Positions 32,073 through 38,400 of a DNA stretch of 38,400 bases are shown one piece after another; the stretch's first letter is position 1, and every line of letters starts with the position of its first letter. The notes under the pieces are model-generated. The model was not told the origin of the DNA, did no database searches, and saw only the letters and a program-made list of their open reading frames with translations. The stretch spans positions 1 through 38,400 of the forward strand of contig NIVC01003942.1 in the NCBI GenBank assembly GCA_002269645.1, read 5' to 3'. Position numbers and translations under genes: made by a program. Source of the DNA: Macrostomum lignano. Lineage: Eukaryota.

Positions 32073-32758
32073 AGTTTGATTGGCACACACTGGGTACAGA
32101 TGGGGCAGTTTGATTGGCACACACTGGGTACAGATGGGGCAGTTTGATTGGCACACACTGGGTACAGATGGGGCAGTTTGATTGGCACACACTGGGTACA
32201 GATGGGGCAATTTGATTGGCACACACTGGGCACAGGTGGGGCAGTTTGATTGGCACACACTGGGTACAGATGGGGCAGTTTGATTGGCACACACTGGGTA
32301 CAGATGGGGCAGTTTGATTGGCACACACTGGGTACAGATGGGGCAGTTTGATTGGCACACACTGGGTACAGATGGGGCAGTTTGATTGGCACACACTGGG
32401 TACAGATGGGGCAGTTTGATTGGCACACACTGGGTACAGATGGGGCAGTTTGATTGGCACACACTGGGTACAGATCGGGCAGTTTGATTGGCACACACTG
32501 GGCACAGATGGGGCAGTTTGATTGGCACACACTGGGTACAGATGGGGCAGTTTGATTGGCACACACTGGCACAGGTGGGGCAGTTTGATTGGCACACACT
32601 GGGTACAGATGGGGCAGTTTGATTGGCACACACTGGGCACAGATGGGGCAGTTTGATTGGCACACACTGGGTACAGATGTGGCAGTTTGATTGGCACACA
32701 CTGGCACAGGTGGGGCAGTTTGAATGGCGCACACTGGGTACAGGTGGGGCAATTTGAA
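32073..32758. repeat. 34-nt minisatellite GTTTGATTGGCACACACTGGGTACAGATGGGGCA, ~20 copies
   Basis: Direct tandem copies; explains the Cys/Pro-rich ORFs on the minus strand. Confidence 0.95.
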
Positions 32759-34559
32759 CCTCTGGCCGTCAAGATATTCAACGATTCAGCCAGAAGGTCG
32801 GATTTTTCCTATAAGCGGCAGAGTATTCAGTACACCCCTGTGCGCCAATCAGCACTGCACCTCATTGCAGCCTTGCCAAACCTCTGAATTTCATCAGCAC
32901 GTCGACCATATGAGTCTGCATCAGATCTGACTTCGTTGCTCACTGGTCTTCCCCGAGGCGTTGCGAAGTTCTCAAGTTTCACTGATCAAGCCTCGACATT
33001 GAGCAAGCCTCAACTGCTGGACATTCTCAGCTAGTTGTTCAAGACTTCTCGCTTTTCGGCTTCAAGCATCCTTTAGAAACCCCTTCTTCTGGTTTTTCAT
33101 CTTCATCGCGACGTTCCCGAAGGAATGCCCCGAAATGGAAGCAGCTGACACTCCAACATGCCTAAAAGCCAGCCAGCATCTCCCCCCCTTTCCCAAAGCG
33201 TTAATCCATTCGGATTGGCCATGAAAGCGTGTCTCTCCCTCGTCCTGAGCCAAGCGAGTGTGCAATGGCCCGCACAGCCACCCCATCGCCAGACCCTCGG
33301 CTCAGCGCCCCCGCTGTGCCCGCAGCTGTACACTGCGCGCCAAGGAGGTCCAGAGCCAGAACCTGGGGAGTGCCCCGGCTCTTCCCTATTTTCAGACAAC
33401 TATAGGCTGACTGCAGTTTTTGGTTTGCGCACTCAATTTATAGAGCTTCGGTTGCGGTTAAACTGATTGAAGTTTATGACCGATTTAAAAAGCATTTGTC
33501 TTATCGCAGCACTTTTATGTCTAGCTTGATAATATAAAATAGCGGTTTTCTAAACTTTTATTGATACTAGTCAGACGCCCATTCACCCTATCGCCTAGCA
33601 GCCCACAGTTGTCCGAAAAATGGAGTTCCCAAATCCAGGTCCTGGCTCTGGCGAGTCCTTGGCTGCGCACAGGACAGTGGAGCGGGCTGGCCTTACACAC
33701 ACCAGGAAGAGAGCGGATCTGCCCCTCTCCTCCGACTGTCTGTCTCACATTTCCCCAAAGAAAATCCAGTGAGTGCACCGAGGGCCGCTTCAGAACTGGC
33801 AGAGGCAGCCATTCTTGCAAACTCCGCCATCAAGGAAAGTTTAATTGACAGACTCAGCAGCCGCCTTAGCTCAAAGCCCAGCTGAGGAGTCCGGGTGAGT
33901 TGCCCCCCATCTCCCTCTCCCTTCGAGGCGGATCAATGATATACTTGAATTAATAAAGCAAGGCACTGCCTTAGTTGTACAGCAACTGGCACGCACGGAG
34001 ACATGCCTCTCCATTCAATAATGAAACTGTATTGTGCTCTTGTCAGCGGAGGCTGAGCAGATGAACTCATCAAGGCATCCCATTGTTTCCCGTTTTGGCA
34101 GCCTCCTCTTGTTCCTCGCTGCATCCCCAGCAGCCCTGATCACGGCCGGAGTAGCAGAAGCAGCCTCACAGCCAAAAGACGTATCCAATTTCCCTTTTAA
34201 AAAATTCCTCAGAAAATCTATCGCAAATTTTCCTATCCCAATCGCCGCCTCAAGCCGGGCAGCGGCGGCGAGCCGCACTCGGCTGAAACAACATCCCACA
34301 GGGGGGGGGGATTGCAGACCTGAATAGGAGCCAAAGCCCTCAGCAGGCTGCTTATAGCGCTGAGGAATAGGGAGGGAGACAAGGACATTCTGAGCGACTG
34401 TCGCCAGAGCTGCTCAGCTGCCGTCGAATCAACATCGACTTGGGCGGCCAAAAAAGCAGAAATTCGCGGCCGGCTGCTGGGACCGGCTTAAAATCCTGCT
34501 GCCCTGCTCTGCTTTGTCATCTTTTCGCTTTTCTGCCGCTCTCAAAACTCAGAGCGAGC

Positions 34560-34852
34560 ATGCAGAGCAACCACCTCAGCCCTGCAGCTCCGCACACCCG
34601 CAGGCGGCAGTCCTCGCTCAGCGACTGCGACCGCCGGAGCAACTCGTCGCACCCGTCCGCTGCCTGCAGCCTCAGCCGCGTCAAGGTGAAGTCCCCCTCC
34701 ACATCGCGACAGCACAGCGGCGGCGGTGGCGGCATGTCGGACGAGGAGATTCACGTCGGTGCCTCGGCGCTGCCTCCGATGGCGCCGCGCTACCGACTGA
34801 GGGACGTCTTCCTTGGCGGCGACATCGCTGCTGGAGATGACGACTCCGACCA
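34560..34852 (+). CDS. KCNT2: First coding exon of a Slo2/KCNT (Na+-activated K+ channel) gene; the rest lies beyond the window
   Basis: ..MSDEEIHVGASALPPMAPRYRLRDVFLGGDIAAGDDDSDQ resembles the KCNT2/Slack-A N-terminus ([32 protein letters not shown]). GC3-rich; phase-2 donor CA|GTGAGT at 34853; pyrimidine tract plus AG at 34551-34552 upstream. Confidence 0.75.
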
Positions 34853-34894
34853 GTGAGTGCCTGCGTGTCTGCCTGTTTTTCTGTCTGCCTGCGT

Positions 34895-35285
<391 letters not shown>

Positions 35286-35858
35286 CCCTAATTGCACATA
35301 CTTTTACTGTTAAAAATCTCATGCTTAAAAGGAATAGTGTCAAAAAAGTATTTTTGATTCCGATACAGGCAACTTGCAACTTATAAAGTAGCATTTGTGT
35401 ATTTGTGCCGCAGCCGCACAGAGATTTACTGTGAGCAGCTTGGCTCCCTTTGAACAACTAAGCGTCGCACTCGCGTCTCCGAAATCGTCGGTTGAGAACT
35501 GTTTTCAGCTGTCTCAAATCTGACTCACTTTCACTCGTTGCCAGACCGCCGCGCTCCCCCTTCGGTTTGCACTTTTAGTCAGCCCCGGATCCGCGGCCGT
35601 CAGCAGCTTGTGCTCATTGCCGCCTTGCCCACAGCAGCTGCGGCTTCATTCAGCCCAGGGATTGCACGATCGGCGTCCTGTTTTTTTGTAGGTTGAGAGG
35701 CCTGATTTTATTCTTCCCCGGGAAGCGGGAACTCAATGCGGAAAGAGCAGCTTTTACAGCCCAGATACAGCTGGATTAATTAGAACACGGATGCGCCGTG
35801 ACTGCTTGCGAAACTGGGGTATCTGTCTGTCTATCCAACTACGTACCTACATATCTAC

Positions 35859-35964
<106 letters not shown>

Positions 35965-36394
35965 CACAATGTCCTTTCTATGGAAAGAAAACTTCACTAT
36001 AGTACTCTCAGTAGCGAGTGAGACTGTTATAGAGTTCTGTAGATTGAAGGTAAATATTATTTAAAATGCACTTTAAAACTTCCTGCTTTACGATGGCACT
36101 ACGCAAAACTATGCAGAATAACTTGTTGTGTTTTGCTTGTTTTTCTGCTGCCAAAAGTAAAAAACACGATTTTGCTGGCCCAGAGTCGCCCAGGCAATGG
36201 AGGGAATGGGAATTGCCTCTCCTGTCCTCTTCAGCCAGCCAAAATTTAGCCACTATGGGCCTGTGTTTGCCCAGACGCGAGCGTACTGTCTTAGGAGTTT
36301 CATAATACCAGCTCAGATAGGTCGACCGCTTTTCCTACCCTGTCTATTAATCTCACCTGACTTCTCCCTCTGTTTCTATCAATCTCATCTGTCC

Positions 36395-36905
36395 TACATC
36401 AATGTCACCCTACTTCTTACCTAGTCTCCATCAATGTCACCCTACTTCTTACCTAGTCTCCATCAATGTCACCCTACTTCTTACCAAGTCTCCATCAATG
36501 TCACCCTACTTCTTACCTAGTCTCCATCAATGTCACCCTACTTCTTACCTAGTCTCCATCAATCTCACCCTACTTCTCATCTAGTCTCCATCAATCTCAC
36601 CCTACTTCTCATCTAGTCTCCATCAATCTCACCCTACTTCTCATCTAGTCTCCATCAATCTCACCCTACTTCTCATCTAGTCTCCATCAATGTCACCCTA
36701 CTTCTTACCTAGTCTCCATCAATGTCACCCTACTTCTTACCTAGTCTCCATCAATCTCACCCTACTTCTCATCTAGTCTCCATCAATTTCACCCTACTTC
36801 TTACCTAGTCTCCATCAATCTCACCCTAATTCTCATCTAGTCTCCATCAATCTCACCCTACTTCTCATCTAATCTCCATCAATCTCACCCAACCTCTCAC
36901 CTAAT
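36395..36905. repeat. 32-nt minisatellite CTAGTCTCCATCAAT(G/C)TCACCCTACTTCT(TAC/CAT), ~16 copies
   Basis: Direct tandem copies with two interleaved variants. Confidence 0.93.
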
Positions 36906-37439
36906 CTATCAATCTGACCGGACTTTTCAGCCTATCCTTGCAGATATGTAATTTTCTCATCACGAATTGTGCAACTCGAATCCTTCCCGATGCCTCTACC
37001 TCTCTGCATTGGTTTCTGCCCCCCCCCAGAATCATAATCATAATTCTGCAAGAAAGAGGCGGCCAACAGCAATCTGCACCATACGAATGCGGTCTTCATT
37101 TATCACTCGATCCCCGATCACTGCAAGTCCCGCGCCGTAAGCTTGCGTTACTTCCATGGTAGGGCCGGAGCTGTGTTTATCTGTGTTTGAAACGTTGGCA
37201 TCGGGCAGACACTTATTAGTGAGTGAGAGAGGCGAAAGGCTTATAGGATTTCTTATTTATCTTAAGTTCCAGATAGAGAATCTAGCATCTGACTGCGAGC
37301 CAGGGGAGGTGAGAGAGGATAGGAAATAGAGAATAGAAAGGCGAGATAGGAGAAAGAAGAGACGAGAGAATTAAAGAGGAAGAGGTGAGAGACGAAACAA
37401 GAGAGGAGAGAGGAAAAAGAGGAGAGAAAAGAGAAAATG

Positions 37440-38055
37440 AGAGGAGAGGAGAGGAGAGGAGAGGAGAGGAAGGGAGAGGAGAGGAGAGGAGAGGAGAGGA
37501 GAGGAGAGGAGAGGAGAGGAGAGGAGAGGAGAGGAGAGGAGAGGAAGGGAGAGGAGAGGAGAGGAGAGGAGAGGAAGGGAGAGGAGAGGAGAGGAGAGGA
37601 GAGGAGAGGAGAGGAGAGGAGAGGAGAGGAGAGGAGAGGAGAGGAGGAGAGGAGAGGAGAGGAGAGGAGAGGAGAGGAGAGGAGAGGAGAGGAGAGGAGA
37701 GGAGAGGAGAGGAGAGGAGAGGAGAGGAGAGGAAGGAGAGGAGAGGAGAGGAGAGGAGAGGAGAGAGAGAGAGGAGATGAGAGGAGAGGAAGGAGAGGAG
37801 GAGAGGAGAGGAGAGGAGAGGAGAGGAGAGGAGAGGAGAGGAGAGGAGAAGGAGAGGAGAGGAGAGAGGAGGAGAGAGAGAGGAGAGGAGAGAGAGGAGA
37901 GGAGAGGAGAGGAGGAGAGGAGAGGAGAGGAGAGGAGGAGAGGAGAGGAGAGAGAGGAGAGGAGGAGAGGAGAGGAGAGGAGAGGAGAGGAGAGGAGAGG
38001 GAGAGAGAGGAGAGGAAGGAGAGGAGAGGAGAGGAGAGGAGAGAGAGAGAGAGAG
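37440..38055. repeat. (GAGAG)n polypurine repeat
   Basis: Pentamer array with interruptions; explains the SSPLL and RGEER ORFs. Confidence 0.95.
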
Positions 38056-38072
38056 GATAGCCCTCGCTTCGC

Positions 38073-38113
38073 TGGCCGCATGTGGCCGGCGGGCCAGAGT
38101 TTTCCGACCCCTG
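38073..38113. mobile_element. Terminal fragment of a hAT (Charlie/MER1-like) MITE
   Basis: TGGCCGCATGTGGCCGGCGGGCCAGAGTTTTCCGACCCCTG; the reverse complement begins CAGGGGTCGGAAAACT, like hAT-Charlie termini. No partner end or TSD confirmed. Confidence 0.5.
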
Positions 38114-38400
38114 GCTCATGTGCAGACGGCAGCTGCATCATCTTGCCCCCATCTAACCCCGCATTGTAACCCCAGTGCCATCTCTGGGCTGCGGTTCAGT
38201 TAGGGTGGCTGCACTGCTGGGGAATCTATCTGTACACGCTCGAGGCGATTGCACGACTTTCAGGGCCTTTCATGCTGGGTTCCTGCAGCGGGCGTTCAAG
38301 GACTTCTGGGTGGTCTTGGACTGGAAAGAAAGATAGTTGTTGCCCCATATTTCTATCTTTGTTATAATTTCTTATTATTCATGCGGTTATAATCTAGAAT

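Overview
Eukaryotic (metazoan) genomic DNA. GC-rich spliced genes, very dense and mutually unrelated minisatellites (~20 arrays, roughly 10.5 kb, ~27% of the window by my boundaries) and kb-scale AT-rich islands resemble the flatworm Macrostomum; the taxon is an inference only. Supported content, left to right: the first coding exon of an unidentified His/Gln-rich gene running off the left edge (-); tRNA-Gly(GCC); an intronless REEP1-4-type gene with one frameshift (-); a 3-exon ABHD8-like alpha/beta-hydrolase (+); a 2-exon Rdx/SelW/MIEN1-like protein with an altered redox motif (+); a 2-exon TEX55-like Dpy-30/RIIa docking-domain protein (-); a full-length 3,268-bp P-superfamily DNA transposon (116-bp TIRs, 8-bp TSD, 4-exon THAP transposase, inactivated); and the first coding exon of a Slo2/KCNT potassium channel (+). 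Most long ORFs in the six-frame track are artefacts of tandem repeats. I found no clear-cut new multi-gene system. The most notable patterns are the intron-containing P element, GC-rich introns each filled by a different minisatellite, a 168-bp higher-order repeat, and the atypical Rdx protein. Homology calls come from recalled family motifs, not from searches.
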